Below are positions 15,646 through 22,673 of a DNA stretch of 40,182 nt, one piece after another. A model generated the notes under the pieces. It saw nothing but the letters and a program-made list of their open reading frames with translations. It was not told where the DNA came from and did no database searches. Position 1 is the stretch's first letter, and each line of letters begins with the position of its first letter. Made by a program: the position numbers and the translations under genes. The stretch is from a virus. Lineage: Duplodnaviria; Caudoviricetes. Location of the stretch: positions 1-40,182 of IMG/VR virus record IMGVR_UViG_3300043672_000026. The stretch is one strand, 5' to 3'.

Positions 15646-16497
15646 ATGACGGTACCCACTATCGGTCCGGCCAAGCATGCCTATCTATTGCCGGACCTGA
15701 TCGCCAAGTACCAGCAGTACCTGGAAGACAACGACCTTGCCGAGAGCAGCATCAAGACGTATGTCAGCGTTCTGCGGAACATGGAGAGGACCCTCCCGGC
15801 CGGACTCCTCAGCGCCCACACGGAGGAACTCCGCGACTGGATCAACGGGAAGGACCACAAACGGGCGACGCGCCAGCTCTATCGGACGATCGCCTGCGGC
15901 TTCTTCGAGTGGGCCACGGAAGATGCTCGGCTGCTCGACTTCAACTCGGCTGAGTTGCTCAACAGGGTCCGGACGGTGAGAGGGGTGCCGAAGCCGATCG
16001 AGACCGAGCAGCTCCACGACATACTCACCCGCGCCGTCGAGCCATATCGCACGTGGTTCGTCATCGCCGCGTACTCGGGCGCCCGCTGCATCGAGCTCTC
16101 GAGGCTGAATCGAGACGACATCACGCCCGAGGACGTCTCGCTGCACGGCAAAGGGGACAAGCCCAGGCGTGTTCCGACGCACCCGATTATCTGGGGGTTG
16201 ATAGGCGATCTCCCCGACGGGCCGATCTGCCTTGACGCCAGCGGCAACCGACTCGGCAGGCAGGAGATATCACGCAGCGGCGGCCGATATCTCCAAAACA
16301 CTCTCGGTCTAGCTGGTGTGACAATGCACCGGCTCCGGCACTGGTTCGGTACGCATGCCTACGAGGCCTCGGGTCGTGACATTCGCGCCGTGCAAGAGCT
16401 GCTTGGTCACGCCAGCGTGAGCACGACACAGGTGTACATCGAGGCCTCGCGGGCTCGCATGGCGGCGGCCGTCTCTGGCCTTCCGCTTGCCGCCTAG
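15646..16497 (+). CDS. int: Tyrosine integrase (short, no N-terminal arm-binding domain; C-terminal LAA)
   Basis: GAGGAGG RBS; catalytic R (SGAR), K (HGKGDK), HxxR (HRLRH), H (LLGH), Y (TQVY). Confidence 0.93.
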   Translation: MTVPTIGPAKHAYLLPDLIAKYQQYLEDNDLAESSIKTYVSVLRNMERTLPAGLLSAHTEELRDWINGKDHKRATRQLYRTIACGFFEWATEDARLLDFNSAELLNRVRTVRGVPKPIETEQLHDILTRAVEPYRTWFVIAAYSGARCIELSRLNRDDITPEDVSLHGKGDKPRRVPTHPIIWGLIGDLPDGPICLDASGNRLGRQEISRSGGRYLQNTLGLAGVTMHRLRHWFGTHAYEASGRDIRAVQELLGHASVSTTQVYIEASRARMAAAVSGLPLAA

Positions 16498-16787
16498 ATC
16501 CGGTGAGGACGTCGCTGGCGCAGTGAGGGGCTTCGGCTGTTGTCATGCTTGCTGCTCGCTGCGCCGGCGACGAACTCGACGCGTGGCTCCCAACTAGGGT
16601 CGATGTGTTCCGGTCGGGCTATGACGACGACGGTCGCAAGCTCGTTGCGGAGGATGTCCACCACGCCTTGCCAGTTGCCCTGAATGATGCCGGCGACCTC
16701 GTAGCCCATGGTGGTGCAGTAGGCGGAGCACTGGGCGGCGTACAGCTCGTTGTGGTCGGCGGGCACGAATATGACAGCGGTTGTCAC
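16494..16787 (-). CDS. Degenerate serine-resolvase-like domain protein
   Basis: AVIFVP...AQCSAYCTTMGYEVAGII...ILRNELATVVVIARPEHI follows the resolvase N-terminal pattern but lacks YxRxS. Confidence 0.55.
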   Translation of the reverse strand: MTTAVIFVPADHNELYAAQCSAYCTTMGYEVAGIIQGNWQGVVDILRNELATVVVIARPEHIDPSWEPRVEFVAGAASSKHDNSRSPSLRQRRPHRI

Positions 16788-17036
16788 GGTGAATCCCCGT
16801 TCGATCTCGGGTGCGGGCCGGCCGGGGCACGAGAGATCAGTTAACCCCAGAGTGATCACGTGCGCATCGTCCGTGACCATGACGCTTCTGTGCAGAAAGT
16901 TTCACGTTCGCGACAGCCAGTCAGTTCCACATCGGCCGTACGGCCCGGACCCATGCCAGACCGTTGCTAGATCACTACTTTCCGCGCAGGATGCGCGATG
17001 CGCCCCGGCCAGCCTCCACACACGAAGGACGCGATC

Positions 17037-17552
17037 ATGACGAGCCCAGATCGTCCCCCCATCGTCCCCGGGCAGCCGCAGCAGCCACCGCCCCCGTACG
17101 GATACGGATACGGATACGGACCACCCACCGGCTACGTACCCGCGGGCCCGCCCGTGAAGCCGCCAAATCCGAAGCTTGTGTTCTGGACGTCGCCAGCCGG
17201 GATCGTCCTCATGCTGACCGCCGTCGGGGTGCTGTTCCTCGCCGTCGTCTTGCTGACACCCTCGAACGCCAGCAAGGCCGCAAAAGACCTGGACGTGACC
17301 ATCGTCAGCTGCAACTTCACCGGCGGGGAACTGTCGACTGCGACGGTCGGATTCACCATCACCAACCACGGGAAGTCGGCCCACACCGCCACGCTGCACT
17401 TCGAGTACCGCGATAGCGCGGGGAGCCGCATCGACACCGACACGTCGACCGTACGAAACATCGCCCCGGGCGACACGGTGCGCGCAGAGGAGCCGACCCT
17501 GCTCGACGGTCCGGCGACCTCCGGCACGTGTCATCTCACGGGGATCAGCTGA
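17037..17552 (+). CDS. Membrane-anchored Ig-fold (FxLYD-like) protein, possible superinfection exclusion
   Basis: Pro/Gly/Tyr-rich N-terminus, one TM helix, ITNHGK...FEYRDSAGSRIDT...NIAPGDT; GAAGGA RBS. Confidence 0.7.
   Translation: MTSPDRPPIVPGQPQQPPPPYGYGYGYGPPTGYVPAGPPVKPPNPKLVFWTSPAGIVLMLTAVGVLFLAVVLLTPSNASKAAKDLDVTIVSCNFTGGELSTATVGFTITNHGKSAHTATLHFEYRDSAGSRIDTDTSTVRNIAPGDTVRAEEPTLLDGPATSGTCHLTGIS
17097..17120 (+). repeat. TACGGA x4 in-frame hexamer (YG repeat)
   Basis: Read directly from the sequence. Confidence 0.8.
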
Positions 17553-17555
17553 CCT

Positions 17556-17786
17556 TCAGCGCACCCAGCCCAGGAACCGCGCATACAACTCGGCCGGCGG
17601 GATTATCGGCACGGCGCGGGCGGCCTCGATCATGGCGATTGCCATGTGCAACGCCAGGCCGACGCGCGTGCCGCCCGCCTCGGCGATGATCTGCGCACGG
17701 CCTGGCGCGCACGGCCACGGCTGGTCGCAGTTGCCGCACTCCCAGGACGGCCTGGAAGGCCAGTGGTCGTCGCCGCTCACGTTCAC
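17556..17786 (-). CDS. Small zinc-finger protein of the PxRPxWxCxxCxxxWPC family (typical of Micromonosporaceae)
   Basis: HWPSRPSWECGNCDQPWPCAPGR...LYARFLGWVR; GTGA overlap. Confidence 0.75.
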   Translation of the reverse strand: MNVSGDDHWPSRPSWECGNCDQPWPCAPGRAQIIAEAGGTRVGLALHMAIAMIEAARAVPIIPPAELYARFLGWVR

Positions 17787-18316
17787 ACCGTGCGCTGGCT
17801 GCACCGGGCGCCGCACCACTTGCCGCCCACCCGGTGCGGCGGCACGTCGCTGCCGGGCCGTACATCCAGCTCGGTGCCGCACGCCGGGCAGCCTGACCGG
17901 ATCGCGACACTGGTGCTGCTCCAATGAACCTTGCACATCTCTTCGGTGCCCGGCACATCGTGCGGAGGCAGGCTGGTGCCGGCCGGGTCCGATAGCTGCA
18001 GACCACACTTCGGGCAGCAGCTCACGACCGCCTCGATCGCCGCGGAGAGCGCGGCCGGGTCCGCGCCGTAGGCGTCGCGCTCGCGCCGCCCGCCTTCGCG
18101 GCTGGCGTAGAACCCTTCTCGCCGCTCGCTGCCGGGCCACTTGTTCTCAGGCATCCAGTGCGTCTGCCAGTTCGGGTGTGCCGCCTCGATCTGCTCGCAG
18201 GCCTCGAGAGCACCGGCCGGCCAGCCTCCGCGTTCGGCGATCAGCCGGCGGTTGCTCCAGGCGAGGTCGCGACCAGGCGGCGGGGCGGCGACCTGGGCCG
18301 CGTCCTGCTCGGTCAC
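17783..18316 (-). CDS. Hypothetical protein with two CxxC...PPH...C zinc ribbons
   Basis: CPKC...LPPH...C and CPAC...VPPH...WC; GTGA overlap. Confidence 0.65.
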   Translation of the reverse strand: MTEQDAAQVAAPPPGRDLAWSNRRLIAERGGWPAGALEACEQIEAAHPNWQTHWMPENKWPGSERREGFYASREGGRRERDAYGADPAALSAAIEAVVSCCPKCGLQLSDPAGTSLPPHDVPGTEEMCKVHWSSTSVAIRSGCPACGTELDVRPGSDVPPHRVGGKWCGARCSQRTV

Positions 18317-18540
18317 TGCGGGCCTGCCGAATGCTTGGGCAGCCGGGTCCGGGCTTCCTGGCCGCGGGTCAAGAGCGGCCGAGGCTGCGCGTAGATAGGC
18401 CGGTCCAGCACCTCCGCCACGCCGATAATGAGCTGGCGAGCTGCGGTGCGCTCCGCCTCCTGCCAGGCACGTGCCGCCTCGGTCGCCTGCTGGTGCCGCT
18501 TCTTCGGCGTCCACCGCAGAACCGTCCGCCACCGTCGCAT
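18313..18540 (-). CDS. Small basic hypothetical protein
   Basis: GGGAG RBS; C-terminal RPLLTRGQEAR motif. Confidence 0.55.
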   Translation of the reverse strand: MRRWRTVLRWTPKKRHQQATEAARAWQEAERTAARQLIIGVAEVLDRPIYAQPRPLLTRGQEARTRLPKHSAGPQ

Positions 18541-18653
18541 CGTCGTGCTCCCGTCGTAGACGGAGGCGACGGGCTTGGCCCCGGCCGGAGCAACCGCCCG
18601 TCGCCTCCGAACACGATCGTCATCGTCCGATCACGACGGGTGAAGATGTTCGG

Positions 18654-18693
18654 TGTCCGCAGTGTGTCCGCAGCGTCCGCAACCTTGCGGACA
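18654..18693. promoter_or_regulatory. Operator array: GTCCGCA x3 plus one inverted copy (palindrome GTCCGCAA-CC-TTGCGGAC)
   Basis: TGTCCGCAG 18654, TGTCCGCAG 18665, CGTCCGCAA 18674, TTGCGGACA 18685. Confidence 0.6.
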
Positions 18694-18701
18694 GGTAGAT
18701 G

Positions 18702-19868
18702 TCAGGCCTCCAGCTGTGGCCGGAACGTCTCGTACTCCTCGCGCAGCTCGCGAGCCTCAGATGCGCCCGAACGCTGTACGCCGGCCATCACCTCGCGAGC
18801 CCGCCACCAGTTCGACGGCACGATGCGTCCTGACGTGATCGCCTGGCTCGCGGCCCCCGCTGCCTCGTCCGGCTTCTTCGCGGCGAGCAAAGCCAAGCTG
18901 AGATCGAGTTGAGCCGACGCCATGCGGCGCGGACGAGCCCCGTCCGCCTTCAGCTCCGTGATCACCTCGCCCGCGATAATCTCCGCGGCAGGGTCACCCG
19001 ACCATGCGAGGGTCGTGGCCGTGTACGAGCGGGCCTTCGCCGGGTCGTACTGGTAGTGGTGCTCGGGGTGTTCTGGCGCCGGACGGTTGGCGGTGAGTCG
19101 TTCGATGCGGCCGAGTACCTCGCTGGTGCGCGTGCGGTCGCCGAGTCGCGCCCAGGCCCGGCCCTCCTGCGCCGTTGCCTGCACGAGAATGGAGCTGCCG
19201 CGCGGTGCTACGGCCTGCGCCTGCTGCGATAGCTCCAGGGCTCGTCGGAAGTCGCCGGCGGTGAGCACGTCCCACGCCTTGGTCTCAAGGCACCAGGCTG
19301 CAATCTCCCGATGCCCGGCCTGGTCAGCGAGCTGGTTGGCGGTAGCCAGGTAGGCATCAGCGGCTGCCGGTTGCCGGAGATCGATGTGCAGGGTTGCGCG
19401 TAGCAGCGCGAACCAGCCACCGACCACGAGGAGCCGCCGCTGCTGGTCGAGGGTCTTGCGGGCGTCGACTAGCGACGACACATAGTCGAGGTGCCGGCGT
19501 ATGCGGGGCAGCAGTGCGGCGGGCGGCACCGTGGCGTAATCCATGGCCGCACGGTCAGCGGCGCGTTCGAGCGCGTCCAGGGTCTCGGAGCTGACGTCGG
19601 ATGCGGTGACGCGTCGGGTGAGTTCGATCGCCTCGATCTCGGACTCGTCGTTATCTGGGACGTCCGTGCGCAGTATGCCGGTCAGCCGACCGCGTGTGCC
19701 CAAGGCATTGTCGAGGGCTCGCGCAATGGCGGCGGTCGGCTGCCTGCGCTCGGTCTCCAGGTCGTTGACCTGGGTCTTGCCGCAGCTCGCGAGTTCGGCG
19801 AGCTGGCGGTAGGACAGGCCGCGCTGGTTGCGGAGCCGGCGCAGCTCTTCGGCGAATTCCGATGCCAT
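18702..19868 (-). CDS. XRE-HTH transcriptional regulator with a C-terminal TPR-like helical domain
   Basis: FAEELRRLRNQRGLSYRQLAELASCGKTQVNDLE HTH followed by ~300 aa of Ala/Leu-rich helical repeats. Confidence 0.85.
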   Translation of the reverse strand: MASEFAEELRRLRNQRGLSYRQLAELASCGKTQVNDLETERRQPTAAIARALDNALGTRGRLTGILRTDVPDNDESEIEAIELTRRVTASDVSSETLDALERAADRAAMDYATVPPAALLPRIRRHLDYVSSLVDARKTLDQQRRLLVVGGWFALLRATLHIDLRQPAAADAYLATANQLADQAGHREIAAWCLETKAWDVLTAGDFRRALELSQQAQAVAPRGSSILVQATAQEGRAWARLGDRTRTSEVLGRIERLTANRPAPEHPEHHYQYDPAKARSYTATTLAWSGDPAAEIIAGEVITELKADGARPRRMASAQLDLSLALLAAKKPDEAAGAASQAITSGRIVPSNWWRAREVMAGVQRSGASEARELREEYETFRPQLEA

Positions 19869-19950
19869 CGGTCACGTCCCTGCTAGCGGTCAGGGGTGGC
19901 GGACCGGCCCGCTAGAACCGGCCGCCATGGTGAACGGTACCCGGACATGC

Positions 19951-19984
19951 GAAAGCGCCGCCCGAGCCTGAGCCCGGGCGGCGC
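19951..19984 (-). terminator. Putative intrinsic terminator of the late operon
   Basis: GCGCCGCCCG/CGGGCGGCGC 10-bp stem followed by TTTC on the minus strand. Confidence 0.6.
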
Positions 19985-20016
19985 GTCGACAGATGATCTG
20001 CCTATCTGGTCATGGG

Positions 20017-20271
20017 CTAGACCCTCGGCGGCCAGCTCCACTGGCCGGGCTCGTCGCCCTGGGCCACGTTGTACTCGGTGAAGCCGCCCTTCTCGCCGGA
20101 CTCGAACACCCACAGGTGGACGTGCTCGTCGGAGTCGAGGCCCGGGATGTCGCCGGACTCGACGCCGCGCGGGTCGAGGGTTTCGACGTCACAGGTCACG
20201 ATCGCCGCGCGCATGGCGAACAGGCCCTGCTTGCCGCGGTAGCGGAGGATGCGGCCGGTGGTGGGCTTCAA
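20017..20271 (-). CDS. Conserved phage hypothetical protein
   Basis: PTTGRILRY...AAIVT...LWVF...WSWPPRV; GAAGGAG RBS. Confidence 0.7.
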   Translation of the reverse strand: MKPTTGRILRYRGKQGLFAMRAAIVTCDVETLDPRGVESGDIPGLDSDEHVHLWVFESGEKGGFTEYNVAQGDEPGQWSWPPRV

Positions 20272-20294
20272 GATGGTGCTCCTTCGGGGTTGGT

Positions 20295-20474
20295 TCAGGC
20301 GTTCGGGATGCGCCAGGTCGCCCAGCCCGCGACGACCGCCGCGGCCACTCCGGCGCCGATGGCCTTGGAAATCTGGTCCTGGTCGAGCGCGCCTGCGGCG
20401 ACGAGCGCGCCGACGGCCACGGACACGCCGGCGGCAAGCCCGGCGACCACGGCCTTGCGGATACGAGCGATCAT
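20295..20474 (-). CDS. Putative holin (2 TM, 59 aa)
   Basis: Manual translation MIARIRKAVVAGLAAGVSVAVGALVAAG...AIGAGVAAAVVAGWATWRIPNA; AAAGGAG RBS; below the ORF-track cutoff. Confidence 0.75.
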   Translation of the reverse strand: MIARIRKAVVAGLAAGVSVAVGALVAAGALDQDQISKAIGAGVAAAVVAGWATWRIPNA

Positions 20475-20484
20475 GATGGCTCCT

Positions 20485-20796
20485 TTACGTGGTGGAATCC
20501 GGCGGCTGGCTGGCGCCGGTAGCCTCGGCGATCCGCGTGATCTCGTCCCGCATCGAACTGCCGCCGTTGTGCTTGACCTCGGCGACCACCGTGGCCACGG
20601 TCTCCTCCAGCGCGGTGAGCCGCTTACCCCAGCCGGGCCGCTTCTCGCCGTCGCCGAGCACTTCGTCGACCATCCGGCCCAGCCTGCGCACCGATCGCAG
20701 CATCCCGCGTACCGCCTTCGCTAGGAGAACGGCGAGCCCGGCGATCGCGGCCACAGCGGCGGCCGACTTGCCCAGCTCGATGAGCTGATCGGTCAC
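20485..20796 (-). CDS. Membrane protein of the lysis cassette (NGGSS.RD motif)
   Basis: N-terminal TM, coiled coil, VKHNGGSSMRD. Confidence 0.7.
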   Translation of the reverse strand: MTDQLIELGKSAAAVAAIAGLAVLLAKAVRGMLRSVRRLGRMVDEVLGDGEKRPGWGKRLTALEETVATVVAEVKHNGGSSMRDEITRIAEATGASQPPDSTT

Positions 20797-21614
20797 GCCG
20801 CGGCGAGGATCCGGCCGACCTCGGCCGCCTGGTCGCCGAGCACGACACGCAGCGCCGCCGCCGTCTCCTCCGGCGTGTCGCCGACCAGCCGGGCGGCCAC
20901 CTGCTCGTCGACCTGACCGACCGCGGCGAGGACCTGGTCGAGCTTGGCCGCCAGCGCCGGGATGCTCGTGTCGCGCAGCGTGTAGCCGATGTTCTTCGAC
21001 ACCCCGGCGTCGCGCAGCGCCCACGCCACGGACACGGTCGGGTTGGTGGCCGCATCGGCGTTGACGTTCTGCACGCCGGGAGCCGCACCGGGGTCGTAGC
21101 CGAGGATGGCCGCCGGGACGTTGGCCTTGATCCAGGCCTTGTCGTCGTCGCTGAGTGCCACCAGATCCTCCAGGTGATAGTTCGCTGACGCCAGCTCGTC
21201 CGAGGCCTGGTTGTAGGCGCCGGACAGGTGCAGGTGCTCGGTGTGCGCGCTGGCCCCGGTGTAGGGATGCTGTTGCCAGCCGTCGCTCGCCGACCAGTCC
21301 CGCCGGTTGAAGATCATGTAGCGGATCATCGTCAGCTTGCCCGCCCGCGCGAGGCGGAGCAGGTGCTGGGTGATGTCCTCCATCGACACGTCCGGGTCGC
21401 CGGTGTCCGAGTCGACGTCGATCGCCCGAACCTCGTCCTTGGCGTCGCCGTCCTTGTACTCGGCGTTCGCGGTCAGATCGGGGTTATGGCCGGACTTCTC
21501 GGCCTGATGCGCGGCGTCGCCGATCGTGCCGTCGGAGCGCCGGTCCCGGTTGGGGAAGGCGGCGTCCATCTGGTCACGGAACGCCTGCAGCTGCTTGGTC
21601 AGGACCCATGCCAT
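20793..21614 (-). CDS. Endolysin, M15-like zinc peptidase
   Basis: FPNRDRRSDGTIGDAAH...SGHNPD...RAIDVD...HTEHLHLS; positioned before the holins. Confidence 0.82.
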   Translation of the reverse strand: MAWVLTKQLQAFRDQMDAAFPNRDRRSDGTIGDAAHQAEKSGHNPDLTANAEYKDGDAKDEVRAIDVDSDTGDPDVSMEDITQHLLRLARAGKLTMIRYMIFNRRDWSASDGWQQHPYTGASAHTEHLHLSGAYNQASDELASANYHLEDLVALSDDDKAWIKANVPAAILGYDPGAAPGVQNVNADAATNPTVSVAWALRDAGVSKNIGYTLRDTSIPALAAKLDQVLAAVGQVDEQVAARLVGDTPEETAAALRVVLGDQAAEVGRILAAA

Positions 21615-22135
21615 TACGCCACCTCCGGACGCCAGTAGTCGATCTCCACGGTCGCGCCGGCCAGCTTGCAGAACACCAGGTTCTGGGCGACGCCGGGGCT
21701 GGCGTTCCAGTAGTCCAAGGCGATCTGAGCCACCTCGCCCGCTGCCAGCCTGCCCTTCCAGACACCCATGAGGTGGGTGTGGCTGGTCTCCATGGGCAGC
21801 GCCTGCCATTCCGGGGCCTCGCCGAGCCACGTCGGTACGCTGGTGTTCGACTCCAGGGCGTGCCGGATCTGGGCGTGGGTGGAGCATCCCGGCTCGACCT
21901 CGAGCAGGCGCACGTGCGCGACGATGCTGTACCGGCAGGGTCCGTGCAGGATCGACCAGCCGCCGGCACCGGTGACCGGGTTGACGTAGTGCTGACTTTC
22001 CGGATCCTCGCCTTCCTCGTTCCACGGGATCGGCAGCCAGATATGGTTGCTGTCCCTGGACACGGGCAGATTCCGGAATCCGGCCGGGTCCTCGCCCCAG
22101 TTGAATCCCAGCCGCATGCTGATGATGTCCGTCAT
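21614..22135 (-). CDS. Hypothetical tail-associated beta-rich protein
   Basis: Position in the tail module; GAAGGG RBS. Confidence 0.6.
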   Translation of the reverse strand: MTDIISMRLGFNWGEDPAGFRNLPVSRDSNHIWLPIPWNEEGEDPESQHYVNPVTGAGGWSILHGPCRYSIVAHVRLLEVEPGCSTHAQIRHALESNTSVPTWLGEAPEWQALPMETSHTHLMGVWKGRLAAGEVAQIALDYWNASPGVAQNLVFCKLAGATVEIDYWRPEVA

Positions 22136-22154
22136 CGATCCCCAGCCCTTCCCT

Positions 22155-22664
22155 TTACGCGTTGGCCCCGAGGAAACGGACGATCAGCCGGCTCTGCCCG
22201 GAGGTGGCCACGTTGGTCGCCTCGGTACCGGAGTTAACGAGATTGATCGCCATCTCGATGTAGTCGGTGGTGCCGTTGCAGGTGACCGTGTCGACGGCGA
22301 TCCCGGCGAACGTCGCCGTGTTGCTCGTCGCACTGGGCTTCACGTTCGCCGAGCGTGACAACAGCGCGCCGTTGAAGAAGATCGCGGTGTTGACCGAGTT
22401 GATGGTGGTCGACGCGGCCATCGAACCCTCGGCGATGATCTCGTACTCCCCGGCGATGTTCGGGGTGATCCGCGAGCTGTTGGTGACGTTGTCGTGCCAG
22501 CCCTCCGGATCGTGATCCTCCGTCGTGAAGGTGATCGTCGTCGTCGAGCCGGACGCCAGGCCGGTCTGCGCCACCGTCTGATGAACTTTGCAGTAGGGCC
22601 GGTAGGTGGCCGTGTTGAGCAGGTCCGCGGTGACCAGATCCCCGACCTCGAATGAGCCTGGCAA
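22155..22664 (-). CDS. Minor tail/receptor-binding protein (jelly-roll-like)
   Basis: GDLVTADLLN N-terminus; DHDPEGWHDNVTNSSRIT...GTTDYIE; TAAGGAG RBS. Confidence 0.65.
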   Translation of the reverse strand: MPGSFEVGDLVTADLLNTATYRPYCKVHQTVAQTGLASGSTTTITFTTEDHDPEGWHDNVTNSSRITPNIAGEYEIIAEGSMAASTTINSVNTAIFFNGALLSRSANVKPSATSNTATFAGIAVDTVTCNGTTDYIEMAINLVNSGTEATNVATSGQSRLIVRFLGANA

Positions 22665-22673
22665 TGTCGCTCC

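Noticed and set aside
17097-17120. Phase-variable repeat
   Set aside because: The 6-bp unit keeps the frame and simply encodes a YG low-complexity tract
18369-18623. Arbitrium-like pheromone precursor ORF after the XRE-TPR gene
   Set aside because: No hydrophobic signal peptide and no clear RBS; it overlaps the better-supported 18313-18540 ORF
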